The translations under genes were made by a program, and so were the position numbers. From an uncultured Planctomycetaceae bacterium (GTDB lineage: Bacteria > Planctomycetota > UBA1135 > GCA-002686595), in assembly GCA_964413535.1 (NCBI GenBank), contig CAYPTB010000058.1, positions 1 to 64,000 on the forward strand: a stretch of DNA of 64,000 nt. Reading direction: 5' to 3'. The notes below the pieces were generated by a model. That model was not told the DNA's origin. It saw only the letters and a program-made list of their open reading frames with translations, and ran no database searches. Positions 44,092 to 53,796 of the stretch are shown here, in pieces (the stretch's first letter is position 1; every line of letters starts with the position of its first letter).

Positions 44092-45243
44092 ATGGACTCG
44101 CTTGCGAAGGATTCCCTGGCCGACCTCCGCAATCATCACGAGCCTCCGTGTCTCTCGCTCTACCAGCCGACGCATCGGCAGGGGCCCGAGAAGCGCCAGG
44201 ACCCCATTCGCTTCCGGAATCTCGTGAAGGAGATGGAGGAGTCGCTGCGCGCGAAGCACTCGGCGAGCGTGGTCGAGGCGCTCCTGGAGCCGTTCCGGGC
44301 GCTCGCGGACGACGACGCGTTCTGGACCTACACGCGCGAGGGTCTCGCCGTCCTGGGCGCTTCCGGCACTTTTCAGGTGTACAAACTTCAGCGACCGGTG
44401 CCGGAGCTCGGCATCGTGGCGGCGAGCTTCCACACGAAGCCGCTCTTGCGGATCCTGCAGTCAGCAGACCGTTTCCAGATCCTCGGGCTCTCGCTGAAGG
44501 CGATCCGGCTGTTCGAGGGCAACCGCGATGCCCTCGACGAGATCGCGCTCCGGCAGGGGGTCCCGCGCACGCTCGTCGAAGCGTTGGGAGCGGAAGTGAC
44601 CGATCCGCATCTCACGGTCGGCTCCTACGGCGGCAAGGGCGTGGGGGGAACGCCGATGCACCACGGACACGGCGCCAAGAAGGACGAAGTCGACAAGGAC
44701 GCCGAGCGTTTCTTCCGCATCGTCGACCGCGCGCTCCTGGAGCATCACTCGCGCCCGTCGGGCCTACCCTTGTTGTTGGCGGCGCTGCCCGAGCATCACC
44801 ACCTCTTCCACCAAGTCAGCCGCAATCCGTTCCTGCTGCGCTCGGGGATCCAGATCCATCCGGACGCGCTGTCGATCGACGCGCTGCGCGAGCGCGCCTG
44901 GCGTGCGGTCGAGCCCAACTACCTCGCGCGATTGGCGGAGCTCGTCGACGCGTTCGGGGAAGCGCGCACCCGCAAGCTCGGCTCGGACAACCTGGCTCAG
45001 GTGAGCGAAGCGGCCGCGGGCGGACGCGTCGCGACGCTGCTCATCGAAGCCGACCGCCAGATTCTCGGTCGGATCGACGCCGAGAGCGGTCGCATGGAGC
45101 TCGCGGGCGTCGGGGACACGGAAGTCGACGACCTGCTCGACGACCTCGGCGAGCTGGTAGCGAGCAAGAAGGGCGACGTCGTGGTCGTCCCCGGCGAGCG
45201 CATGCCGACGGACACCGGAGTGGCTGCGATCTACCGCTATTGA
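44092..45243 (+). CDS. baeRF-like / Host_attach-like protein (bacterial eRF1/Pelota-fold family)
   Basis: The C-terminal VDDLLDDLGELVASKKGDVVVVPGERMPTDTGVAAIYRY resembles eRF1 domain-3 / Host_attach endings (...GGxAAILRY). The N-terminal PCLSLYQPTHRQGPE...WTYTREGLAVLGASG fits baeRF N-domains. The start is ATG at 44092. Confidence 0.45.
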   Translation: MDSLAKDSLADLRNHHEPPCLSLYQPTHRQGPEKRQDPIRFRNLVKEMEESLRAKHSASVVEALLEPFRALADDDAFWTYTREGLAVLGASGTFQVYKLQRPVPELGIVAASFHTKPLLRILQSADRFQILGLSLKAIRLFEGNRDALDEIALRQGVPRTLVEALGAEVTDPHLTVGSYGGKGVGGTPMHHGHGAKKDEVDKDAERFFRIVDRALLEHHSRPSGLPLLLAALPEHHHLFHQVSRNPFLLRSGIQIHPDALSIDALRERAWRAVEPNYLARLAELVDAFGEARTRKLGSDNLAQVSEAAAGGRVATLLIEADRQILGRIDAESGRMELAGVGDTEVDDLLDDLGELVASKKGDVVVVPGERMPTDTGVAAIYRY

Positions 45244-45252
45244 CGAGGCGCG

Positions 45253-46479
45253 CTACTCCAGGGCGAAGAGAGCGAAGCGGTTGGCGTTGCACCCGAGGTA
45301 GACGGCGAAGAGCAGGAAGAAGGGCACGCGCACCCAGGAGGATGCGGCTCTCTCCTTCACGAGCGAGTAGGCGGACAGGACGCTGAGGAAGAGGAAGGGA
45401 TAGGCGGGGAAGAGGAAGCGCGTGTAGATCGGGTCGTTGTTCGCGAAGGACCACACCGCGATCAACGCGGCGAGGTAGCTCGAGAGGAAGACCACGGGGA
45501 CGACGCGCGGCTGGAGCAGGAGCTCGAGCGCCCCCGATCGATCGGGAGCTCCCACGCGCCGCAGTGCGGAGACGGTGCCCGCCAGGATCAGGGCCAGCGC
45601 GCACGCGACCACCGCGAAGACGAGTCCTTCGACGCGGTAGGGCGCAGCCTCGACGACTTCGTGCTCGGCCAATCGGAACGGGGAGAACAGGTCGATCAGG
45701 ACCGTCTTGACGGTGAAGAGGACGTTCGTCCCGAAGTCGATCTGGTCGTTCCAGTGGGCGAGCTTGGGGGGCAGGCCGCGCCGCGGGACCATGCGGTTCG
45801 CTGCGAAGAACCGTCCTGTCTCGGCCTTCACGTGGAAGAACCAGGGCAGCGTCAGCGCCGCGGAGGAGGCGACGAAGAGCGAGACGTGGGCGACGGCCTC
45901 TCGCGCCGACCGGCGAGCGAAGACGGCGGCGAGCAGGACCGCGACCAGGGGCGCCAGCCACAAGAACCCGAAGTGCTTCGTGAGCGACGCGACCGCCACC
46001 GTGGCGACCAGGGCCAGCGTGAGGAAGACGTTGGGCCGCTCGCGCTGGGCGACGACGAGCATCATCGCCGCGAAGGCGAGGAGCGTGAAGAGGGTCTCCG
46101 CCACGAGGTGCTGGACGTTCGCGTAGATCGCTCCGCTCCCCACCAGCAGGACGAGGACGGCCAGCGGCGAGACGTTGCTCGCGTGCCTGCGAGCGAAGGT
46201 CGCCGCCAGCGCGAGGAGGCCGAGCAAGGCGATCAGGTTGAAGTGCTTCGCCGGCACGCCCAGCCGCTGCGCGCCGTAGAGGGCCACGGGGTAGGCGGGG
46301 AGCCAGATCTTCGGGTAAGCGTCGATCGCGCTCGCGAGGCTCTCGCTCTTCAAGAACTTGAGGTTGATCCTCGACTGCGCGTGCAGCCTCGGCTCGCCCA
46401 CACGAGCGAGGAAGAGCGCCAGGAGGAAAGCGCACAGCAAGGCGACGCGCAGCGGCCAAGGACGGGCTTCGGACGACAT
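45253..46479 (-). CDS. Polytopic integral membrane protein (about 11 TM; glycosyltransferase-39/DUF2142-like topology)
   Basis: 408 aa with hydrophobic helices throughout and several conserved-looking periplasmic loops. It has no Arg bias. The start is ATG at 46479. Confidence 0.6.
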   Translation of the reverse strand: MSSEARPWPLRVALLCAFLLALFLARVGEPRLHAQSRINLKFLKSESLASAIDAYPKIWLPAYPVALYGAQRLGVPAKHFNLIALLGLLALAATFARRHASNVSPLAVLVLLVGSGAIYANVQHLVAETLFTLLAFAAMMLVVAQRERPNVFLTLALVATVAVASLTKHFGFLWLAPLVAVLLAAVFARRSAREAVAHVSLFVASSAALTLPWFFHVKAETGRFFAANRMVPRRGLPPKLAHWNDQIDFGTNVLFTVKTVLIDLFSPFRLAEHEVVEAAPYRVEGLVFAVVACALALILAGTVSALRRVGAPDRSGALELLLQPRVVPVVFLSSYLAALIAVWSFANNDPIYTRFLFPAYPFLFLSVLSAYSLVKERAASSWVRVPFFLLFAVYLGCNANRFALFALE

Positions 46480-46761
46480 CCTGCTCGCGCTTGCTCTTCG
46501 ACCCCGATCGCGCTCCGCCCCGGATCGTACAGCTCCCATCGCCGTAGGCGAGTCGTCGAATCGGCAGGCCTCTTGGATCCGTCGCTGCGCCGGCGTTCGG
46601 CGCCGGAGGAGCGGTGCGTTCGGAACGGAGCCAGCGCGCGGGGCGGGTACGCAAGTGGATGGAAGTCGGGCTCCCGCTCGTCGTTGCCCGATTGCGCGCG
46701 AATCGTGTGAGGGTCTGGTAGCCTCGATTGCGTCTAGCACCGAACCCAGTTCCACGACGTC

Positions 46762-49533
46762 TTGCAACCCGAAGATCGCTCCACGAGGCTGCGCACGCTG
46801 CTCGAGCAGGCGTGGCTGCAGCCGCGCGCCGAGCGCGAGGCTTGGCTCTCCCGCGAGTGCCGATCCGATCTCGGACTGCTCGAGCGCGCGCGCGCGCTGC
46901 TCGAGCCCGACGCGGTGCCGGACGGATTCCTTTCGACGCCCTTCGACGGGATCGGCGGGGGTGCGTCCTCGGCCGGGGAGCTCGCGCCCCGAACGAGACT
47001 CGGGCCCTGGAGGCTCGAGCGCGAGCTCGGCCGCGGCGGGATGGGCGTCGTGTGGCTCGCCGAGCGCGACGACGCGGCCTTCCGCCGCCGGGTCGCGATC
47101 AAGGTGCTGCACGGCGCCTCCTTCGATCGCGACCTGGAGCTGCGGTTCCGGCGCGAGTGCGCGCTGCAGGCCTCGCTCGAGCACGAGGGCATCGCGCGCC
47201 TGATCGACACCGGAGTCGCCGCCGACGGGCGGCCGTTCCTCGTGCTCGAGCACGTGCAGGGCCAGCCGCTCGACCAGTGGTGCCGCGCGCGGAAGCCGGG
47301 ACTGCGCGAGCGCCTCGAGCTCTTCGCGAAGATCTGCGACGCCGTGCACCACGCCCACCAGCGCCTCGTCGTGCACCGCGACCTCAAGCCCGGCAACATC
47401 CTCGTGACCGACGAGGGCGAGCCGAAGCTCGTCGACTTCGGCATCGCGAAGCTCCTGCATCCCGAGGAGGGTGCCACCTGGGCCGATCTCACGCGCGGCG
47501 AGCAGCGTTTGTTCACGCCGTCGTACGCGAGCCCCGAGCAGCTCCTCGGCGGAACGGTCGGCGTGCCGAGCGACGTCTATGCGCTGGGCGTCATCGGCTA
47601 CGAGCTACTCGTCGGAGAGCTCCCGTTCGACCTGCGCGAAGCCGACTGGAAGGAGCGGCTGCGAATCGTGTGCGAGGACGACCCGCGACCGCCCAGCGCG
47701 GTCGCAGTGCGGGCCGGATCGACTGCCGTGACGCCGACTCGGCTCTTGTCCGGGGACCTCGACGCGATCTTGCTCTACGCGCTGCGCAAGGAGCCGGAGC
47801 GCCGTTACGGCTCGGCGGAGTCCCTCGGCGACGACGTGCGCCGTTACCTCACGGGCCTGCCCGTACGCGCGCGGCCCGACACGCTCGGCTACCGCAGCTC
47901 GCGCTTCCTGCGCCGCCACCGCGTCGCGTCCGTGGCGGCGGCCGTCGCACTCCTCTCGTTGTGCGTCGGCTTCGCCGCGACGCTCGCCCAGTACTTCGAG
48001 GCCGAAACGGCGCGCGACCTCGCCGAGGAGCGCTCCGCGGCGCTCGAGGTCCTCACGCGCGATCTCGAAGCTGAGCGGATGGCCGCGGTCGATCGCGCGG
48101 ACGAGTTGGCGCGGCTCGGGGGGGACCTGGCGTCGGAGAGCGAGCGCGCGTCGCGGCGCTTCGACGACGTGCGGCGCTTCGCGACCGACCTCGTCTTCGA
48201 CGTGCACAAGATGCTCCTCCCGTTGCCGGGCGCGATCGCAGTGCGCGAGCGCGTGCTCGAGATCGGCGCGCGGCACCTCGAGTCCCTCGAGGCCGAGACG
48301 CAGGGTGATCCCGAGCTCTGCGCGGAGCTCGCCGGGGCGTGGCTGCGGCTCGGCGATAGTCAGGGCGACACGCTCGTCGCGAGCCTCGGCCGCGCGCGCG
48401 CGGCGGCTTCGAGCTACGAGCGCGCCCTCGCGCTCGCGCGCGAGCTCGCCGCGGAAGAGGGCTTCGAGCCTGCGCGCGCCGCGCGCCTCGTCGTGACGGC
48501 GAGCACGCGGCTCGCGGACGCGCTCGAGCTGCTCGGGGACGCGACCGCGGCGCTCGCGCTGCTCGAGGAAGCCGTCGCGCCCGCGCGCGAGCTCGCGCAT
48601 GGGCCGGACGCCGAGGACCTCTACGTCGCCGCGCTCGTCTTCGATCGTCTCGCGAAGGTCAGCACGGCCGGCGGCCGCCTGGACGAGGCGAGCGAGCACC
48701 TCGACGAGCTCGTACGCCTGCACGAACGCGTCGAGGACCTGAGCGGTGGCGACCGCGAGCTCGTCGCCGAGGGCCTCGTCCTCGTGTGGCGGCGTTCCGA
48801 CCTCGAGCGCGCGCGAAGCGACTTCGAGGCCGCGCTCGTCCGCGATCGCGAGGCGCTCTCGGCCGTCGCGGCGCTCGAGCGCGAAGGCTCGTCGCCGAGC
48901 ATCGCGCGGCTCGCCAGCGTGGCGCGCTTCCGCGTCGGTCAGGACCTACTCCACCTCGGTCGCGGCGACGAGGCCTGGGGCTTCTTCGAGGAGAACGTGG
49001 CGGCGCTCGAGGAGCAGGTGGTGCTGCAACCGGCCGACGCGCTCGCGCGCTCCGACCTGGCCGTCAACTGGGGCTTCCTGGCGCTCGCCCAGGAGGCCGC
49101 GGGTGCGTTCGCCGAAGCGGCGGACGCGGGCCTGCGCAGCGCGGACCTCGCAGGTCGGCTCGCGATCCACGATCCCGCGAACCAGGAGAGCTCGCAGCTC
49201 CTCGTCGTGAAGTGCCTGGACGCGGCGCGCATGTGTGCGCGCGCGGCGCGCCCGGCGGACGGCGCGGACCTGCTCGCCGCCGCGTGGGAGGAGGAGCAGC
49301 GGCGCCGCACGCGCGGCGGCTGGCCCGACCTCTTTCCGGCGCGTCGAGCCGCGGCGCAGACGCTCGCCTCGATCCTGCGCGAGCGCCGAACCGCGGACGA
49401 CGGCGCGGAACTCGCCGAGTGGCGGCGGCTCGCGCACGCAGCAGCCCTGCTCCTGGCGGACGCGAACGGTCGCGACGACGCGTCGTTGCGCGACGAGCTC
49501 GAACGGCTCGCGGCCGAGCTCGCGAGCCGCTGA
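46762..49533 (+). CDS. Serine/threonine protein kinase with one TM helix and a long C-terminal helical/TPR-like domain
   Basis: The Gly-loop is LGRGGMGVVWLA. VAIKVL carries the Lys. Motifs HRDLKPGNIL, DFGIA and SPEQ are present. The TM helix is VASVAAAVALLSLCVGFAATL. The apparent start is TTG at 46762; there is no in-frame ATG/GTG between the upstream stop and the kinase N-terminus. Confidence 0.85.
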   Translation: MQPEDRSTRLRTLLEQAWLQPRAEREAWLSRECRSDLGLLERARALLEPDAVPDGFLSTPFDGIGGGASSAGELAPRTRLGPWRLERELGRGGMGVVWLAERDDAAFRRRVAIKVLHGASFDRDLELRFRRECALQASLEHEGIARLIDTGVAADGRPFLVLEHVQGQPLDQWCRARKPGLRERLELFAKICDAVHHAHQRLVVHRDLKPGNILVTDEGEPKLVDFGIAKLLHPEEGATWADLTRGEQRLFTPSYASPEQLLGGTVGVPSDVYALGVIGYELLVGELPFDLREADWKERLRIVCEDDPRPPSAVAVRAGSTAVTPTRLLSGDLDAILLYALRKEPERRYGSAESLGDDVRRYLTGLPVRARPDTLGYRSSRFLRRHRVASVAAAVALLSLCVGFAATLAQYFEAETARDLAEERSAALEVLTRDLEAERMAAVDRADELARLGGDLASESERASRRFDDVRRFATDLVFDVHKMLLPLPGAIAVRERVLEIGARHLESLEAETQGDPELCAELAGAWLRLGDSQGDTLVASLGRARAAASSYERALALARELAAEEGFEPARAARLVVTASTRLADALELLGDATAALALLEEAVAPARELAHGPDAEDLYVAALVFDRLAKVSTAGGRLDEASEHLDELVRLHERVEDLSGGDRELVAEGLVLVWRRSDLERARSDFEAALVRDREALSAVAALEREGSSPSIARLASVARFRVGQDLLHLGRGDEAWGFFEENVAALEEQVVLQPADALARSDLAVNWGFLALAQEAAGAFAEAADAGLRSADLAGRLAIHDPANQESSQLLVVKCLDAARMCARAARPADGADLLAAAWEEEQRRRTRGGWPDLFPARRAAAQTLASILRERRTADDGAELAEWRRLAHAAALLLADANGRDDASLRDELERLAAELASR

Positions 49534-49535
49534 GA

Positions 49536-50132
49536 TCAGGCCTCGCCGTCGCGGGGCGGCGCGCGCCCGGAGAGTCGGTCCCACAGGAGCGCGCGCGCGA
49601 CCGCCCAGCGGCGTTCGGCCGTCGGCTTCGAGACGCCCAGCGCGGTCGCGACCTCCTCCATGGTCAGACCGGCGTAGAAGCGCAGCTCGACGAGCTTCGA
49701 GAGGTCCGGATCGCTCTGCGCCAACGCGTCGAGCGCCTCGTCGAACTCGAGCACGTCCTTCACCGACGCCTCGGCGCGGTCGAGCACGTCGTCGAGCGGC
49801 ACGCGCGCGCGGTCCTTCCCGCCGCGCTTCTGCGCCGCGCGCGCGCGCGCGTGGTCGATGAGCACGCTGCGCATGGCCGAGGCCGCGAGGCCGAGGAAGT
49901 GCGCGCGGCTCTGCCAGCTCTCGCGCTCCGGCGCGTCGACGAGCTTCATCCAGGCCTCGTGGACGAGCGCGGTCGCCTGCAGCGTGTGGTCGGCGCGCTG
50001 CCCGCGCATGAGCGAGCCCGCCAGGCGCCGCAGCTCGGCGTACACGATCGGGAACAGGCTCGCGTCGGCGCCGCGGTCGCCCTCCGCGCCGAGGCGCAGC
50101 AGGCGAGTGATGTCGGACGGGCCCTCGGGCAT
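49536..50132 (-). CDS. ECF-type sigma factor of the STK-associated family (TIGR02999 / ECF43-like), convergent with the kinase gene
   Basis: ITRLLRLGAEGDRGADASLFPIVYAELRRLAGSLMRGQRADHTLQATALVHEAWMKL is the family-typical N-terminus. Region 4 is LVELRFYAGLTMEEVATALGVSKPTAERRWAVARALL. Its stop is 2 bp from the kinase stop. Confidence 0.8.
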   Translation of the reverse strand: MPEGPSDITRLLRLGAEGDRGADASLFPIVYAELRRLAGSLMRGQRADHTLQATALVHEAWMKLVDAPERESWQSRAHFLGLAASAMRSVLIDHARARAAQKRGGKDRARVPLDDVLDRAEASVKDVLEFDEALDALAQSDPDLSKLVELRFYAGLTMEEVATALGVSKPTAERRWAVARALLWDRLSGRAPPRDGEA

Positions 50133-50315
50133 GGCGGAGCCGGGATCCGGCGCGCCCGGCGAGCCGCGCGATCCGAGGCCTTCCCCGCTCGATTATGCGC
50201 GCGGGCCCGGGCCGCGAGGAGGTCCGGGGCCGGCGCTGATGGACCCGGCGGGCGCTTCTCGTCTTCCCCTCCGAACGTCCTTCGTCCCGACCCTCCCCGT
50301 GTGGATCAGCCCGCC

Positions 50316-52514
50316 ATGACTCCCAACCTGCCGCTCGCCGCTCTCTCCGTCCTCGTTCCCCTCGTCTCCGTCGCCGACCGCGGCGCCGCCCCTGCCCCCG
50401 CCCCGGCGCAGACGCCGCCCTCGGCCCAGCGCCTCGCCTGGGGCGACCTCGACGGCGACGGTCGGCTCGACCTCTACGCCGCCAGCGAGAGCGGCGGCCG
50501 CCTCCTGTGCCAGGCGGCCGACGGCAGCTTCGCGGCCCAGGCCGCGTCGCCCGCCGCGGTGGCCGGCACGGCGGCCCAGTGGCGCGACGTGGATGCGGAC
50601 GGCGACGACGACCTCCTCGTGTGGGGCGCCGACGGCGGCCACCTCTTCGTCAACGAGGCGGGCGTGCTGCGCGACGCGACGGTCGAGGCCGGGCTCGTGC
50701 ACGACGCCGGAGTCGTCACGGCGCTCGAGTGGCTCGACGTGAACGGCGATGGGCGCGAGGACCTCTTGCTCACGGCGTCGCGGCCGCTGCTCTTCGCGGA
50801 CGCCGGGCGCGGCTACTTCCAGGCGCTCGAGCTCGGCGTGCCCGGCGAGCTCGCCCCTGCGCCGCGCGCGACGCCGCTCGTGCCGCTCCCCGCGCCGGAC
50901 GCCGCCGCGGCGGATGCAGCGGCGGCGGATGCAGCGGCTGACGCGGCTCCGGCGAGCTCGGCCGGCTCGACTGCCGCCGCATCGAGCGGGCCCGCGCTGG
51001 TGAAGCTGCGCACGCTCGACGCGCTCACGAGCCCCTGCACGACGAGTCTGACGGACGCGCTGCTCGGCGACTGCATCTCGGCCTCGGCCGTGCCGACGCT
51101 CGGCATGCTCATGCCGCTCTCGAAGGACTTCAACGTCGACGCGGGCGGGCGGGTGGGCGTGGGCACGCTGAAACCGGCGGTGAAGCTCGACGTCGCGGGC
51201 GACGTGCGCGCCACCGGGCAGCTCGTCTCCAGCGTGACCAATGGACCGCCGCTCGCCGTGAGCTCCACGGAGCTCGTGTCGCGGCTCAACGCGGACCTGC
51301 TCGACGGCTTCAACGCGAGCGCGTTCTCCCAGCTCGGGTCCTCGATCGAGGGTAGCGAGATCACGAACGGCACGATCGGCGACGCGGACGTTTCGTCCTC
51401 GGCCGCCATCGCCGGAACGAAGGTTTCGCCGAGCTTCGGTTCGCAGACGGTGACGACCACGGGCAGCCTGGGCGTCGGCACGACGATACCCGGCGCGAAG
51501 CTCGACGTCGTGGGCGACGTGCGGGCGAGCGGCAAGCTCGTCTCGACCGCCACGACCGGCGCGCCGCTCGCCGTCAGCTCCTCCATCGTCGTCCCGCAGC
51601 TCAACGCCGATCTCTTGGACGGCTTCAGCGCGAGCGCGTTCTCGCAGCTCGGCTCCTCGATCGAGGGCAGCGAGATCACGAACGGCACGATCGGCGACGC
51701 CGACATCTCCTCGTCGGCGGCCATCGCCGGGACGAAGGTCGCGCCGAGCTTCGGCTCGCAAACCGTGACGACCACCGGCAACCTCGGCGTCGGCACGACG
51801 TCGCCGGTCACGCGGATGCAGGTGAACGGAGGCTCGGACGTGAAGATCACGGGCGGCGGCTTCCTGCAGCTCGGCGCGGACAACGCAGCCAACGTGGGCT
51901 TCGACGACAACGAGATCATGGCGCGCAACAACGGCGCCGCCTCGACGCTCGCGCTCAACTCCGAGAGCGGCAACGTGACGGTCTCGGCGAACGGCGCGGG
52001 CCGCCTGGGCGTGGGCACGGCGAGCCCGACGGGCCGCCTGCACGTGGTCGACGCGAGTGGAGGCGACGGAGCGGTCGTGCTCCCCACGGGATCGATCTCG
52101 CGCGGGGAGATCCTCGACGAGCCGGGCGTGGCGGGGGACGTGAACGACTCGGGCCTCTACCTGGGCGAGACGGAGAAGTCGCTCTGCTCGAGGACGATCA
52201 CGGTTCCCACGGACGGCTACATCGTCGCCGTGGCGGCCGTGCACGTCGAGAACTTCTTCGCAGTCATCGGCAGCGTGGATTTGCGCATCACGGACGACAT
52301 CTTCGGCTCGGGAGACCCGTCTTGGGGGTGGACCACGAGCGGGCTCATCGATTCGACCATCATCTCGCCGTCGCGCGTCTTCCAGGTGTCCGCTGGCTCG
52401 CACACGATTTACTTCCGCGGCAGGTCGATCGGCTTGAACAACCAGTTCGTGACGAAGGAGAAGACGCTGACCCTGATGTTCTTCCCCACGGCCTACGGCA
52501 CGGTCGATTCCTAG
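50316..52514 (+). CDS. Secreted repeat protein: N-terminal FG-GAP/VCBS-like calcium-binding loops, an Ala/Asp low-complexity linker, then tandem approx 100-aa tail-fiber-like repeats
   Basis: The signal is MTPNLPLAALSVLVPLVSVA. Three DxDGDG loops occur (WGDLDGDGRLDLY, WRDVDADGDDDLLVWG, WLDVNGDGREDLLL). The linker is AAADAAAADAAADAA. Repeats follow with GVGTLKPAVKLDVAGDVRATGQLVS / GVGTTIPGAKLDVVGDVRASGKLVS and LNADLLDGF(N/S)ASAFSQLGSSIEGSEITNGTIGDAD. Confidence 0.75.
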   Translation: MTPNLPLAALSVLVPLVSVADRGAAPAPAPAQTPPSAQRLAWGDLDGDGRLDLYAASESGGRLLCQAADGSFAAQAASPAAVAGTAAQWRDVDADGDDDLLVWGADGGHLFVNEAGVLRDATVEAGLVHDAGVVTALEWLDVNGDGREDLLLTASRPLLFADAGRGYFQALELGVPGELAPAPRATPLVPLPAPDAAAADAAAADAAADAAPASSAGSTAAASSGPALVKLRTLDALTSPCTTSLTDALLGDCISASAVPTLGMLMPLSKDFNVDAGGRVGVGTLKPAVKLDVAGDVRATGQLVSSVTNGPPLAVSSTELVSRLNADLLDGFNASAFSQLGSSIEGSEITNGTIGDADVSSSAAIAGTKVSPSFGSQTVTTTGSLGVGTTIPGAKLDVVGDVRASGKLVSTATTGAPLAVSSSIVVPQLNADLLDGFSASAFSQLGSSIEGSEITNGTIGDADISSSAAIAGTKVAPSFGSQTVTTTGNLGVGTTSPVTRMQVNGGSDVKITGGGFLQLGADNAANVGFDDNEIMARNNGAASTLALNSESGNVTVSANGAGRLGVGTASPTGRLHVVDASGGDGAVVLPTGSISRGEILDEPGVAGDVNDSGLYLGETEKSLCSRTITVPTDGYIVAVAAVHVENFFAVIGSVDLRITDDIFGSGDPSWGWTTSGLIDSTIISPSRVFQVSAGSHTIYFRGRSIGLNNQFVTKEKTLTLMFFPTAYGTVDS
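51232..51830 (+). repeat. Two tandem approx 300-bp direct repeats (about 85-90% identical) inside the 50316-52514 CDS
   Basis: 51240-51480 (ctcgtctccagcgtgaccaatggaccgccgctcgccgtgagctcc...ggcgtcggcacgacg) recurs at 51540-51780 (ctcgtctcgaccgccacgaccggcgcgccgctcgccgtcagctcc...ggcgtcggcacgacg). Confidence 0.8.
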
Positions 52515-52899
52515 TACCCGCTGCGCGGTACAAAAGCGTCCAAGGAGACGAGGCGCCGCTCCGGGAGTCCTGGGCCCCGGAGCGGCGCCGACCTCTTCTG
52601 TCGGGGCCGGAGCGACTCCGCGCTCTCGCTCGAAGCCCCGGGCAAGAAGACGGGAGAAGGGCGGGAAAGGACGGCCGCGCTCGACTCCTCGATGCGGGGA
52701 ACGGCGTCTGGGCGGTAAGGTGCCGAGCCAAGGAGCGATCGCTGCGCCGGGGCCCGATAAGACGTCGCGCGATGGTCCTCCGCCGGCGCGCCGGTCAAGA
52801 TGGGACGGCGCCGAAGAGGTGCTCGGAGGAGTTCGCGATGCTCGCTTCGCCGCGGGAAGACCAGGAGAGACGCTCGCCCAGGTTCGAGTGCGCTCGGCG

Positions 52900-53685
52900 A
52901 TGAGCGCTTCGGTCCCCTACGTCGGGCGGCTCGAGCACGTGCGCGAAGTCGCGCTGCACGGGACGACGGAGCTCGGCTACTGGAAGCAGCGGCTCGCTGA
53001 CGAGAGCCTGGTGTGCGCCGACCTGGACGGCAGGGCGCGGCTCTCGATCGTAGCGAGCGACTCGCGTTGGCTGGGCATGCCCTTCTGCGAGCTCGCGATC
53101 GCCTTGCACGTGTCGACGACCGCCTTCGGCCGCCGCCGCGTAGGCTTCTTCTTCCTGCGCGCCTTCCAGTCGAGCCGTTCGCTCGCCTTCTGCGAGCGGA
53201 CGTTCTTCGGCACGCCGTACGAGCACGCCGACGTGCGCGTCTCCGCCGAGATTCCTGCACACGTTCGACTGACGCGAAAGGGCAAGTCCGTCCTGCGCGC
53301 CGAGATGCGCCTCGATCCGTCCGCGTCGACCCGCGAGCCGCTGCGGTCGGCGGAGGAGGCCTTCGAAGGTCCGGTGTTCCTGCCCTCGAAGCGCGAGCGC
53401 GAGCGCACGGACGAGGTGCCGCGCAGCGCCGTCTTCGAGCCGAGCATCCAGCCCGGACGTCCGAGCAAGCTCTTCTTCGCCGCGCTGCGCGGCCGCACGG
53501 AGACGTATCCGTTCCTCGAGGGCGTCGACGCGCTCGCGCTCGAGCCGACGCCCGAGCTGCCGGTCCTCGGGGAGCTCGTCGATGCGCGCTTCCGCCCGCT
53601 CGAATGGGCGATCCGAAGGGACGCCGCGCACGCGCGCTCGAGGACCTACGACCGCGCGCGCGCGCTCGCCGAACCCGCGCGGTGA
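52900..53685 (+). CDS. Conserved hypothetical protein (261 aa)
   Basis: The composition is coding-like and not Arg-biased (WLGMPFCELAIALHV, GFFFLRAFQSS, FFGTPYEHADVRVSAEIP). The start is ATG at 52900. The first 60 codons of the track ORF look non-coding. Confidence 0.4.
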   Translation: MSASVPYVGRLEHVREVALHGTTELGYWKQRLADESLVCADLDGRARLSIVASDSRWLGMPFCELAIALHVSTTAFGRRRVGFFFLRAFQSSRSLAFCERTFFGTPYEHADVRVSAEIPAHVRLTRKGKSVLRAEMRLDPSASTREPLRSAEEAFEGPVFLPSKRERERTDEVPRSAVFEPSIQPGRPSKLFFAALRGRTETYPFLEGVDALALEPTPELPVLGELVDARFRPLEWAIRRDAAHARSRTYDRARALAEPAR

Positions 53686-53796
53686 GTCGGCGGAGCGAGA
53701 GCGTCCGTTCGGCGCCGTGCGTGAGAACGCGGCGCTCGCTGAAACGAGCTCCCCGCGACGCTCGCGGAACCGGTGGCGAGTCCTCGCGCGCCGGCG

